The notes beneath the pieces were generated by a model. It did no database searches and had not been told where the DNA came from. It saw only the letters and a list, made by a program, of their open reading frames with translations. A stretch of DNA of 64,000 nt. Origin: Myxococcota bacterium (GTDB lineage: Bacteria > Myxococcota_A > UBA9160 > UBA4427). Positions 17,785 to 26,537 of this stretch are shown here, one piece after another (position 1 is the first letter of the stretch; the number at the start of each line of letters is the position of its first letter). The stretch is from the NCBI GenBank assembly GCA_050618075.1, contig JBNLVL010000004.1, forward strand, positions 461,587-525,586. The letters are read 5' to 3'. The position numbers and the translations under genes are program-made.

Positions 17785-19139
17785 AGCTCGGTCAACAGGA
17801 GCGAGATGGCGCTGCGCGCCTCGTTCGTGAGCCGGCCCGAGCGGAGGGCCAGCGTCTGGATCTGGGCGAGGGTCACCCAGACCCCATCGCCCTCGTCGGG
17901 GATCGGCTCGCCTTCGGGCAGCTGGACCACTCGGTACCGGGCGACGGAATGGTGGAAGCGCCCGCCCTCGTCCGACTGCAGGACGCCGATCTCCTCGCGG
18001 CCCATGTCCGAATCGAGCAGCAGGCAACTGAGGGCGTCGGGCGGAGCCTCTCCCTCCCGGGTCTGGCCGCTGGGACCGATCTGCACACCGTCGGTGAAGC
18101 CGGGCTCCACGGCGGCGCGCAGCAGGAAGTGGAGGACGCCGCGCCGCGCCTGGCAGGCGAGCACGACCTGCTCCCTCCTTCGCGGCGCGACCAGCGGCTG
18201 GCACCAGTGGGCCACCTCGCGGTCGGTGGCGCGGGTCTCGAAGGGACGGACGTCGATCCCGTCCCCGTCGCGGGCGAAGAGCCCGTCGGCCTCGAGCCGC
18301 CAGGCTCGCAGCCGCTCCAGCGGAACGATCTCCATCCGCGCCGGCCAGCGCGCCCGCCAGCGCGCCAGCGCCGCCGCGATCGCCGCATCGCTCGTCTCCG
18401 ACTCGTCCTCGGCGGCCCGGTAGGAGCGGAGGAGCGCCTCGCCGAACCCTCCCTTCCGGTGGTGACGTGCGAACGGTGCGTCGCCGGGGCAGTACTCGCT
18501 CCACGGCGCGCAGACCAGCACCGAGCGCGCGTCGGTATTGACCGCGAAGTCCCGACCGAGCGCGTCGAGGAGCGTCCCCATGGCCCGCCAGCTCCAGACG
18601 TCCGAGACCGGCTCGGGACTGCGTTCGCCGACGCGCACGAGCGCGTTGCGGTTGAACTTCCCGACGAATCGCGTCCCCTGCTCGGACTGGGTGCTGTCGG
18701 CCCGTCGCTGCGCGCCGCCCGCCCCGTCCTCGAAGAGCTCGAGATACGGGGTCGCGGCGCCTCCGTGGACTCGCGTGTAGTTGCTGACCGTCGCCTGCAC
18801 CGTGGGCGCGAGCTGTACGAGATCGACGTTGCCCGGCTCCGACTTCGCCTGGACCAGGACCGACACGCCGTCGATCTCGCGCCGGACGACGAACCCGAGG
18901 AGCCCCACCTCGGGCTGCAGGATGAAGGGCTGCTCGACCCCTGCTCCCGCAGCCTCGGAGCCGGGGGTCCGGGTGCCGACGATGGAGAAGAAGCGTCCGG
19001 TCCGATGGGCCAGCGCCCCGTCGGCGAACCGCCAGTCGTCACAGGCAGACCAGTCGATGGGCTCGCAGACCATGCGGCTGGCCTTGCGCCTGGACTCCAG
19101 CCACGCCTGGCACTCGAGCCACTGGCTGGGGTCGCTCAT
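17781..19139 (-). CDS. NDP-hexose 2,3-dehydratase (EvaA/TylX3 family)
   Basis: 452 aa. HRTGRFFSIVG...QPFILQPEVGLLGFVV...VLVQAKSEPGNVDLVQLAPTVQATVSNYTRVHGG matches the hallmark block of this family, and a second pseudo-repeat follows. ATGA overlap with the GT2 stop. Confidence 0.85.
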   Translation of the reverse strand: MSDPSQWLECQAWLESRRKASRMVCEPIDWSACDDWRFADGALAHRTGRFFSIVGTRTPGSEAAGAGVEQPFILQPEVGLLGFVVRREIDGVSVLVQAKSEPGNVDLVQLAPTVQATVSNYTRVHGGAATPYLELFEDGAGGAQRRADSTQSEQGTRFVGKFNRNALVRVGERSPEPVSDVWSWRAMGTLLDALGRDFAVNTDARSVLVCAPWSEYCPGDAPFARHHRKGGFGEALLRSYRAAEDESETSDAAIAAALARWRARWPARMEIVPLERLRAWRLEADGLFARDGDGIDVRPFETRATDREVAHWCQPLVAPRRREQVVLACQARRGVLHFLLRAAVEPGFTDGVQIGPSGQTREGEAPPDALSCLLLDSDMGREEIGVLQSDEGGRFHHSVARYRVVQLPEGEPIPDEGDGVWVTLAQIQTLALRSGRLTNEARSAISLLLTEL

Positions 19140-20203
19140 CGGGCGCGCTCGTCCCAGGGCCCGTCTCCGAGCCGGCTGCGGACGTCATCGACCATCGCCT
19201 GCAGGTCCGAGGGCGCGGGCAGGGCCCTGCCCGTCTTGCGGAGTGATGCGCGCCGCGGCCGCCACCCCCTGCCGCGGCCCCGGATCGCACAGTACACGGA
19301 GTATACGTCGAGGCCCGTCGAGCGACAGAGGGAGCGCAGCAGTCCATTGTAGAGGAGTCGGCGGCCCTGCTCCCGGGCGCGCCTGCGTGCGACCCGGGAC
19401 CGCGACCCGGGCGCGCGACGCCGGCGCTCGCGCCGGCTCCGGGCCTGGCGGGAGAGGCCGCGGCGGACCGTGGCCGGGGGCTGCTCGGAGAGGAGCCGGG
19501 CGAGCTCGCCATGGCGGCCACCGGAGTCGCCGTAGAGCGGACCCACCGCCCCCTTCCTCCCGCGCTTGGCGACCTTGAAGACCGTGACCTTGCGACCGAA
19601 GGTGGCTCGGGCGCCGACTCGCCACGCGCGCAGCAGCCAGTCCTCGAGCGGCGATCGGTAGAGGGTGGCTGCGGGGCGCCACGGGCCGACGCGATCCGCC
19701 AGGGATCGCGTGAAGACCCAGGCGCTGCACGGCTCGAAGCGATTGAAGGGGCCGGCGAACACGTCGTCGAGGTGCCTCTGGCGCCGACTGAAGCGGTGGG
19801 CGCTGGGCTCGCTCCTCCCGCCCGGACCCGGCTCGACGTCGCGCACGAAGGCCGTCCGGGCGATGAACAGATCGGCCCGTTCCCGCGCGAGCGCGAGCAG
19901 CGCGCGCTCGAGGTGGTCGGGCAGCCAGAGGTCGTCGTGGTTCACCACCGCCAGCAACGGCGCGGTCGCCAGGGCCAGTCCGACCGAGTTCGGACCCGCC
20001 TGCTCCCCGAAGCGCCGGCTCAGGTTGACGTAGGTGAAACGCGCGTCGGCCAGCGACGCCACCGCGGCCGCGGTGCGCTCGTCACAAGCGTCGCCGACGA
20101 CGAGCGCCCGCCAATCGCGATGGGTCTGCTGCTGGATGGACTGGAGCGTGGCCGCGAGCGTGCCGGGGCGATCGTAGGTCGAGACGATGAGGTCGACGGA
20201 CAC
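19136..20203 (-). CDS. glycosyltransferase family 2 with Arg-rich C-terminal tail
   Basis: N-terminal GT-A block VSVDLIVSTYDRPGTLAATLQSIQQQTHRDWRALVVGDACDE and VVNHDDLWLPDH. GTG start at 20203. Confidence 0.8.
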   Translation of the reverse strand: MSVDLIVSTYDRPGTLAATLQSIQQQTHRDWRALVVGDACDERTAAAVASLADARFTYVNLSRRFGEQAGPNSVGLALATAPLLAVVNHDDLWLPDHLERALLALARERADLFIARTAFVRDVEPGPGGRSEPSAHRFSRRQRHLDDVFAGPFNRFEPCSAWVFTRSLADRVGPWRPAATLYRSPLEDWLLRAWRVGARATFGRKVTVFKVAKRGRKGAVGPLYGDSGGRHGELARLLSEQPPATVRRGLSRQARSRRERRRRAPGSRSRVARRRAREQGRRLLYNGLLRSLCRSTGLDVYSVYCAIRGRGRGWRPRRASLRKTGRALPAPSDLQAMVDDVRSRLGDGPWDERAR

Positions 20204-20318
20204 GGCTCACTCTAGCCGCCGCCCCCGGGCGGCGCGAGCGATCTCGCGGCGCCCGGGGTCTGCTCGCCGCTCCTTGCCTGCCAACGCCGGGTGCGAGCGC
20301 TGCGCCGGGCCCCGGCGC

Positions 20319-20741
20319 TCAGCCGGCGCGCACCTCGATCTGGCGTCGCTGGTGGATCTCCGCCTTCGGCAGCGTGAGCTTCAAGACACCGTCCCGCATG
20401 GAGGCCTGCACGGCGTCCTCGTCGACCTCGTCCGGCAGCCGGAACTCGCGATGGTATCCGCCGAAACGGTACTCGCTGTGGATCGGCGTCCAGGACTCTC
20501 CGGGCAGGGTCGCGAGCCGTGCGTCCAGGCTGAGGACGCCGTCGTCCAGGCGAACCTGCACGCTGTTCTCATCCGCCCCCGGAAGATCCGCGTGGATCAG
20601 GAAGGCGTCGCCGTTCTCCAGGATGTCGACGTCGGGCTGGAAGACGGGGCCCGGCCGCGTGGCCTCGCGTTCGACGGCCTGCTTGTCCCTCACCTCCAGC
20701 TCGTTCGCCGGATCGATCGGACTCGAGATCTCGTTGGACAT
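20319..20741 (-). CDS. Hsp20/alpha-crystallin small heat-shock protein
   Basis: 140 aa from ATG 20741. Alpha-crystallin domain: DILENGDAFLIHADLPGADENSVQVRLDDGVLSL...ASMRDGVLKLTLPK. Confidence 0.9.
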   Translation of the reverse strand: MSNEISSPIDPANELEVRDKQAVEREATRPGPVFQPDVDILENGDAFLIHADLPGADENSVQVRLDDGVLSLDARLATLPGESWTPIHSEYRFGGYHREFRLPDEVDEDAVQASMRDGVLKLTLPKAEIHQRRQIEVRAG

Positions 20742-20754
20742 GCCGGACTCCTCC

Positions 20755-21207
20755 CTACGCCGTCTGGACCGGGATGGTCCGCGGCTGGGCTTGCTCGGGC
20801 TTGGGCAGGCGCAGCATGAGCACCCCGTTGCGATGGACCGCCTCGACCTTCTCGGGGTCGACGGCCACCGGGAGCTCGACGGCGCGCCGGAACCGGCCGC
20901 CCTGACGCTCGAGCCGATGCGCATTGGTGCCGTCCCCACCCCGATCGATCTGGCGCTCACCGCGCAGGGTGAGCGTGTTTCCTTCGAGGGACAGCTCGAT
21001 CTCGGACGGCGAGACACCCGGAAGCTCGGCAGTGAGCACGAAGGCCTCGTCGTTCTCGTAGAGGTTGACCGGAGGGAATACGCCCCTGCGACCGCTCGGC
21101 TGTGCGGCACCGAAGCGGCCGAGAAGCGCATCCATCTCCCGCCGGAGCTCGTCGAAGCCTCCGCGCGGCAGACCGGCCCAGGATCGCTGGGGGCTGTAGC
21201 GAGCCAT
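20755..21207 (-). CDS. Hsp20/alpha-crystallin small heat-shock protein
   Basis: 150 aa from ATG 21207 (AAGGAGGA SD). VNLYENDEAFVLTAELPGVSPSEIELSLEGNTLTLRGER...AVHRNGVLMLRLPK. Confidence 0.9.
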   Translation of the reverse strand: MARYSPQRSWAGLPRGGFDELRREMDALLGRFGAAQPSGRRGVFPPVNLYENDEAFVLTAELPGVSPSEIELSLEGNTLTLRGERQIDRGGDGTNAHRLERQGGRFRRAVELPVAVDPEKVEAVHRNGVLMLRLPKPEQAQPRTIPVQTA

Positions 21208-21407
21208 GGATGGTCCTCCTTGTCGGATCGTTCCCGGCGGCCGCCGCCCACCCGGACGGAGCGCCTCGGCGATCTTTCTGTTCACGAACCGAGGGGTGTC
21301 AAGAGGGGGACGGGCGCGCCGGCGGCTCCTGCGGCGCCGGGGGACGGGCGGGATTTCGGGAAACGAATCAATGGCTTGCGGCGCCCCGGTGCTACCCTGG
21401 CCGCCCG

Positions 21408-22925
21408 ATGAAGACCTTCCTGTTCGGGCTCTTCAGCGTCGCCGTCTCGCTCTGCGCCGTGCTGGTCTGCGGCGAGGCCGGCGTGCGCGCCGGCCGCGCC
21501 CTCGACATCGGCCCGCTCGGCGACCCGCGCAGCTACGCCCATCCCTACTGCGATCCCGACTACCACAAGTTCCGCGTGCAGGCCCAGGCCGACGCCGACG
21601 TCCCCGCGCTGCGGGTGGGCGGCTACGACCAGCACCCGGTGCTCGGCTGGGTGCCCGGCGAGAAGCTCACCCGGGAGATGGGCCTCGTGACCGACGACGG
21701 TCCGGCCCGTGCGGACGTGGCGCTCTTCGGCGATTCCTTCACGGCCGGGGTGCCCCCCACGACCCGGGAGGAGCGCATCGCCGCGCGGCTCGACGCCCTG
21801 CTCCCCGGACGCCGCGTCCTCGACTACGCCGTCTCGGGCTACGGCGTCGACCAGATCTACCTCCGCTACCTGAGCGTGGTGTCCGACGAGCGGACGCGAC
21901 CCGACGTGGCGGTGATCGGCATCCTGGTGGACGACATCGATCGCGTCATCCAGCCGGTGCGCGCCGCGCCCAAGCCGCTCTTCGTCCTGGGAGACGGCGG
22001 GCTCCAGCTGCGCGGCGTCCCCATCGAGCAGGAGCCCATCGACTGGCTGGCCGACCACCCGATCTCGATCCGCAGCTACCTGGCCGCCCTGGTGCGCACG
22101 CGCTGGGCCGAGGCCGCAGAGGGCCGCGGCGGCTTCTACAGCCACTGCCGGCGCGACGAGAAGGAGGCCATCACCCGGGCCATCCTGGAATCGCTGGTCG
22201 GCGACGCCCGGCACCGCGAGGTGGAGCTCCTCTTCGTCGTCCTCTACGGCGAGATGGCCATGAAGACGCCGTCCTGGCGCACGGGCTTCCTGCTGGGCCA
22301 GCTCGCTGCGCTGGGAGTCCCCTACGTCGACCTGCGGCCGGTCTTCATGGCCGCCGCCGGACGGGAGGAAGAGGGACTCTCCGCCTTCTTCTTCCCCCAG
22401 CCGAACTTCCATCCCAACGCCCGCGGCAACCGGCTGGCCGCGGAGGCCGTGGCCCGGGCCCTGGCCGGCCGGGCCGACCCGGGGTGGAGCGAGACCATCG
22501 ACCTCACGCGGAACGGAACGAGGCGGGTCCAGGCGTCCGGCGGCTGGCACCGCGCGGAGGAGCGCTTCACCTGGTCCGCGTCCCCGACGGCCAGCCTGTG
22601 GCTGGACGCCGAGCCCGGACGCGACGCGCTCCTCGAGGTCGAGTTCGCCTCGGTGGCGCGCGTGGTCGGCGACCCGCGCGCCCTCACGGTGTCCGTGGGC
22701 GATACCCGGGTCGCCGAGTACGTCGTGGCGGACCTGCCCCGGGGCTTCCAGGGCTGGACCCTGCGCGCGAACGTCCCCGCATCCGCGCTCGCCGACGGCG
22801 GAGCTCCGGTGCGGTTCCAGCTTCCCTACCTGATCCGGCCGGTCGACGTCGGGCTGGGTCGCGACGGGCGCGCCCTGGGCGTCGCGGTCCGCTCGGTCCG
22901 ACTCGGGCCGGCCGCGAGCGAGTGA
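21408..22925 (+). CDS. membrane-anchored SGNH/GDSL-like hydrolase or acyltransferase family protein (tentative)
   Basis: ATG 21408 followed by a hydrophobic anchor, MKTFLFGLFSVAVSLCAVLVCG. GDS block ALFGDSFTAG. The C-terminal ~150 aa are unassigned. The upstream part of ORF 21102.. is not coding. Confidence 0.55.
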   Translation: MKTFLFGLFSVAVSLCAVLVCGEAGVRAGRALDIGPLGDPRSYAHPYCDPDYHKFRVQAQADADVPALRVGGYDQHPVLGWVPGEKLTREMGLVTDDGPARADVALFGDSFTAGVPPTTREERIAARLDALLPGRRVLDYAVSGYGVDQIYLRYLSVVSDERTRPDVAVIGILVDDIDRVIQPVRAAPKPLFVLGDGGLQLRGVPIEQEPIDWLADHPISIRSYLAALVRTRWAEAAEGRGGFYSHCRRDEKEAITRAILESLVGDARHREVELLFVVLYGEMAMKTPSWRTGFLLGQLAALGVPYVDLRPVFMAAAGREEEGLSAFFFPQPNFHPNARGNRLAAEAVARALAGRADPGWSETIDLTRNGTRRVQASGGWHRAEERFTWSASPTASLWLDAEPGRDALLEVEFASVARVVGDPRALTVSVGDTRVAEYVVADLPRGFQGWTLRANVPASALADGGAPVRFQLPYLIRPVDVGLGRDGRALGVAVRSVRLGPAASE

Positions 22926-22937
22926 GCGAGGCGAACG

Positions 22938-23720
22938 ATGCCGACCGACGACGAGCTGATCGACGAGCTGCGCCACCGCGGCTACTTCGTGGCGCCGCTG
23001 CGACCGATGGGCGACATCCCCGATCGCGACGCCTACCGGCCCTACTTCTCCGGGACCGAGGTCTTCATGCCCGCCTTCACGTCGCCGCTCATCGACGCCA
23101 CGGTGAGGCGGCTCGTCGAGCTGGGCAAGCAGACCATGGTGACCCAGCCCAAGCAGTGGATCCTGCTGCGCTGCCTGGCCCAGGTCGCCCGCGTCCCGGG
23201 CGAGGTCTGGGAGCTGGGTGTGTACCAGGGCGGGACGGCCCTGCTGCTGAGAAACGCCATGCAGGAGCTGGGGCTCGCGCCCGCGGCCCGCCTGCGGCTC
23301 TTCGACACCTTCGAGGGCATGCCCGAGACCGACCCTTCCCTCGACCTCCACCACGCCGGCGACTTCCGGGACACCTCCCTCGAAGAGGTCCGCCGGGTGG
23401 TGGGCGAGGCGGACTTCGTCTCCTACCACCCGGGCCTCGTGCCCGAGACCCTGGTCGGGCTCGAAGCGTCCCGCATCCGGCTCGCCCACATCGACCTCGA
23501 CATCCACGCCTCGATCACGGCGAGCCTCGAGTTCGTCTATCCGCGCCTGTCGGAGGGCGGGGCCCTGGTCTTCGACGACTACGGTGTGGCCTCGTGTCCC
23601 GGGGCCAGGCGGGCGGTGGACGAGTTCTTCGAGGCGCGGCCCGAGACCCCGATCGATCTGCCCACGGGTCAGGCCCTGGTCTTCAAGCTTCCCGTCGTCG
23701 TCGCGGACCCGGCGCAGTAG
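22938..23720 (+). CDS. TylF/MycF-type SAM-dependent O-methyltransferase
   Basis: 260 aa. VWELGVYQGGTALLL, LFDTFEGMPE, LAHIDLDIHASI, ALVFDDYG are typical of macrocin-O-methyltransferase-like enzymes. Confidence 0.8.
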   Translation: MPTDDELIDELRHRGYFVAPLRPMGDIPDRDAYRPYFSGTEVFMPAFTSPLIDATVRRLVELGKQTMVTQPKQWILLRCLAQVARVPGEVWELGVYQGGTALLLRNAMQELGLAPAARLRLFDTFEGMPETDPSLDLHHAGDFRDTSLEEVRRVVGEADFVSYHPGLVPETLVGLEASRIRLAHIDLDIHASITASLEFVYPRLSEGGALVFDDYGVASCPGARRAVDEFFEARPETPIDLPTGQALVFKLPVVVADPAQ

Positions 23721-23758
23721 CATCCCCCCCGACGCACATCGCCTGCTGGAGTCCACCC

Positions 23759-25135
23759 TTGTCCGCTGCTTCCAACGCGCCCCTCGAGATCTCCGGGATC
23801 GACCTCCTGCCCTTCGACCGCGAGCTCGTGACCGAGTTCTCCCTCGACCTGCCCCGTGCGGGCGGTGCCTTCCGCCGTCCCCAGGGCGTGCACGGCGACG
23901 AGCTCTGCCTCGACGTCGCCGGCTGGGCCGTGGGCGCCCGACAGCGGGTCCTGTCGGTGGAGTTCACCTCCGAGGGCCAGGCCCTGCGGCTCGTGCCCGT
24001 GAAGGTGGAGCGGCCGGACGTGGCCGTGAAGTACCGGGACCAGCCCCAGGGTCCCATCTCGGGCTTCGTCGGCCAGCTCGGACTGCTGGGTACGCCCGAG
24101 GAGTTCGAGATCATCGTGAAGGCCGTGGTGCGTGGGGAAGACCGGAACGACCGGGTCCGCGTCCCCGTGGCCCGGCTGCGCGGACGGCGCGCGCCCTCCT
24201 CCAAGGTCGAGAGCCGCCGCCAGCCGCTCATGCTCACGTCCATCGGGCGCTGCGGAACCTCGTGGACCATGCGCCTGCTGTCCGAGCACCCGGGCATCGT
24301 CGCGGTGAAGCAGCATCCCTACGAGGTGCGCCCCAGCGTGTACTGGATGCACCTGATGAAGGTCCTCTGCGACCCCGCGGACCACGACCGTTCGACGGTG
24401 CCCGACGGCTTCGAGAACACCCTCACCCACGTCGGACAGAACCCCTACGCCCACCCGCGCTACCTGGAGGCCTTCTCGGACCCCGAGCGCATGCGCCGGG
24501 CGTTCGGCGCCGACATCCAGGCGGAGACCCGCCGCTTCTGCGCGCGCAGCATCGACCGGCTCTACGACGCCATCGCCGCCGACCAGGGCCACGAAGCGGC
24601 GCGCTACTTCGCGGAGAAGCAGCTCCCGTCCCACGTGCAGTGGCTCTTCTGGGACGTCTATCCGGACCCGCGCGAGATCATCCTGGTGCGCGACTTCCGC
24701 GACGTGGTGTGCTCGGCGCGCTCCTTCAACGCCAAGCGCAACATCGTGGCCTTCGGTCGGGAGCGGGCCGGGAGCGACGAGCAGTGGATCCGCAACATGG
24801 CCGACCGCGGCGTCCGCCGGCTGCTGCGCGCCTGGCAGACCCGCGGCGACCGCGCCCACCTCCTGAAGTACGAGGACGTCATCCTGCGGCCCGCCGAGAC
24901 GCTGGCCGGGGTGTTCGAGTACCTGGGCCTGGACGCCTCCGAGCAGGCCGTGGGCGGCGTGCTCGACCGCGCGGGCGTCGACACCGAGGAGGCGCGCGGC
25001 CACCGCACCTCGAGCGACCCCCGCACCTCGGTCTCGCGCTGGCGCCAGGAGCTCGACGGCCCGCTCCTGGAGATCGCGAACGACGCCATGGGGCCGGCGC
25101 TCGAGGCCTTCGGGTACGAGGGAGCGGCTTCCTAG
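23759..25135 (+). CDS. sulfotransferase family protein with ~150-aa N-terminal domain of unknown function
   Basis: Last 458 codons of ORF 21206..25135. P-loop-like PAPS 5'-phosphosulfate-binding motif LMLTSIGRCGTSW and ILVRDFRDVVCS. The only in-frame start after the upstream stop is TTG 23759, with GGAG 7 nt upstream. Confidence 0.7.
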   Translation: MSAASNAPLEISGIDLLPFDRELVTEFSLDLPRAGGAFRRPQGVHGDELCLDVAGWAVGARQRVLSVEFTSEGQALRLVPVKVERPDVAVKYRDQPQGPISGFVGQLGLLGTPEEFEIIVKAVVRGEDRNDRVRVPVARLRGRRAPSSKVESRRQPLMLTSIGRCGTSWTMRLLSEHPGIVAVKQHPYEVRPSVYWMHLMKVLCDPADHDRSTVPDGFENTLTHVGQNPYAHPRYLEAFSDPERMRRAFGADIQAETRRFCARSIDRLYDAIAADQGHEAARYFAEKQLPSHVQWLFWDVYPDPREIILVRDFRDVVCSARSFNAKRNIVAFGRERAGSDEQWIRNMADRGVRRLLRAWQTRGDRAHLLKYEDVILRPAETLAGVFEYLGLDASEQAVGGVLDRAGVDTEEARGHRTSSDPRTSVSRWRQELDGPLLEIANDAMGPALEAFGYEGAAS

Positions 25136-25251
25136 GGCGGGCGCCGCGACTCACCGACCGACGGGCGGGGCTCGTGCCGTCGCCGCGGTGCCGAGGGCTG
25201 GCCCCGGGCGCCCCCGCTTGCCGGGGTGCACGGCCGAGGCGGGCGACCGGC

Positions 25252-26070
25252 CTACGACTTGCCCGATCGCATCCGCCTTCCCATCACCATGCCGGTGGCG
25301 CGCGCGATGAGCCCGCGCGGCAGGCCCCGGGCGGCCCACGAGGCCACCTGGTTGGCGAGGCCGGGGACGCAGATCACGTCCCGCGAGCGCAGGGCGGACA
25401 GCGACGCCTCGACCACCGCGGCCGGCTCCATCCAGGCGAAGTCGGGGATGCCGGAGACGTCCACGCCGGCCACGGACTGGAACTCGGTCCGCGTGAAGCC
25501 CGGGCACAGCGCCTGCACGACCACGCCGCGGCCGCGCACCTCTTCGGCGATGGCCTCGCTGAAGCTGTTGACGAAGGCCTTGGTGGCCGCGTAGGTGGCG
25601 TTGTAGGGCGCCGGCCCGAAGCCCGCCATCGACGACACGTTGACGATGGCGCCTCTGCCGCGCTGGATCATGGGCGGCAGCGCCGCCCGCGTGAGCCGCG
25701 TGAGCGCCAGGACGTTCAGCCGGATCTCGCGCGCCTCGGCGTCGGCGTCCGCCTCGGCGAAGGGACCGGCCGTGCCGAAGCCGGCGTTGTTGACCAGCAG
25801 GTCGAGGCCGGGCGCGGCCGCGGCGCGCTCCTCGACCGTTCGCAGATCCTCGGCGTCGATGAGGTCGGCGACCACGACCTCGACGTCCGCACGGTGCTCT
25901 TCGCGAAGGCGCTTGGCCAGCACCTCCAGCCGGTCGCGCCGGCGCGCGACCAGCACCAGGTCGTATCCATCCTTCGCCAGGTGCTCGGCGAATGTCTGGC
26001 CGATGCCGGCGGATGCGCCGGTGACGAGGGCTCGGGGACGGGCGGGCGAGACGGGGCGGGCGGCAGTCAT
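25252..26070 (-). CDS. SDR family oxidoreductase
   Basis: ALVTGASAGIGQ, NNAG, and YAATK catalytic motif. ATG 26070 with a GGAGG SD. Confidence 0.9.
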   Translation of the reverse strand: MTAARPVSPARPRALVTGASAGIGQTFAEHLAKDGYDLVLVARRRDRLEVLAKRLREEHRADVEVVVADLIDAEDLRTVEERAAAAPGLDLLVNNAGFGTAGPFAEADADAEAREIRLNVLALTRLTRAALPPMIQRGRGAIVNVSSMAGFGPAPYNATYAATKAFVNSFSEAIAEEVRGRGVVVQALCPGFTRTEFQSVAGVDVSGIPDFAWMEPAAVVEASLSALRSRDVICVPGLANQVASWAARGLPRGLIARATGMVMGRRMRSGKS

Positions 26071-26277
26071 GGGCACCTCCAGGTGCGTGGGACGGCTCGG
26101 ACTCAGCATACACCTCCGGCGCTCGCCCGGGGACCGGGTCCGGCGCCCGGGGCGCGGGACGCCTCTGGGCCGGGCGCCCGCGGGCGGGCACTCCGGAGGC
26201 GGGAAGCGTCGATTGGCCGTCGAGCGGGCTTCGGGAGCCGTCGGCGGTCTGCGCCGGAGTCCAGTGTGGGATCGGGG

Positions 26278-26448
26278 CTAGACGTCGGGCCGCACGGCCT
26301 CGATGCCCCGCTTCGCGAAGTAGAAGGCGAAGAAGCCCGCGATCATCGCGACGATCCGGGAGATCGGCAGGTCGCCGGTCGCGGGCAGCGCCTGGTCGAC
26401 CAGCACGCCGACGAGCACCGCGATCACGAACGCCATGAAGGTAGGCAT
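26278..26448 (-). CDS. small (56 aa) two-helix membrane protein, hypothetical
   Basis: Below the ORF-track length cutoff. ATG 26448 to TAG 26278 translates to MPTFMAFVIAVLVGVLVDQALPATGDLPISRIVAMIAGFFAFYFAKRGIEAVRPDV. GC3-rich codons consistent with genuine coding. Confidence 0.4.
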   Translation of the reverse strand: MPTFMAFVIAVLVGVLVDQALPATGDLPISRIVAMIAGFFAFYFAKRGIEAVRPDV

Positions 26449-26537
26449 GGACTCGGCTCCCGACCTCCACTCCGGCGCTTGGCGCGTCCCCGGCCCCTCC
26501 CATAGTATCGGATGCTCGCCGTGAGAGAGGAGCCTGC

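Noticed and set aside
14730-19352. 1540-aa + strand ORF, the longest in the track
   Set aside because: It is antisense to five well-supported minus-strand genes: crotonase, SDR, ACAD, META lipoprotein and 2,3-dehydratase. Its composition is dominated by Arg/Gly/Pro/Ala/Asp with no family motif. This is a typical stop-codon-poor shadow frame in very GC-rich DNA.
21297-21302. Minus-strand TTGACA hexamer as the hsp20 promoter -35 or a sigma32 element
   Set aside because: No acceptable -10 lies at 16-18 nt; the candidates are AGAAAG, CAGAAA and GAAAGA. No CCCCAT-type sigma32 -10 is present either. This is insufficient to call.
21206-25135. 1309-aa ORF read as one giant protein
   Set aside because: Only the last ~458 codons (sulfotransferase) are convincing. 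Upstream it is out of frame over the SGNH-like and TylF genes and reads as Arg/Pro repeats.
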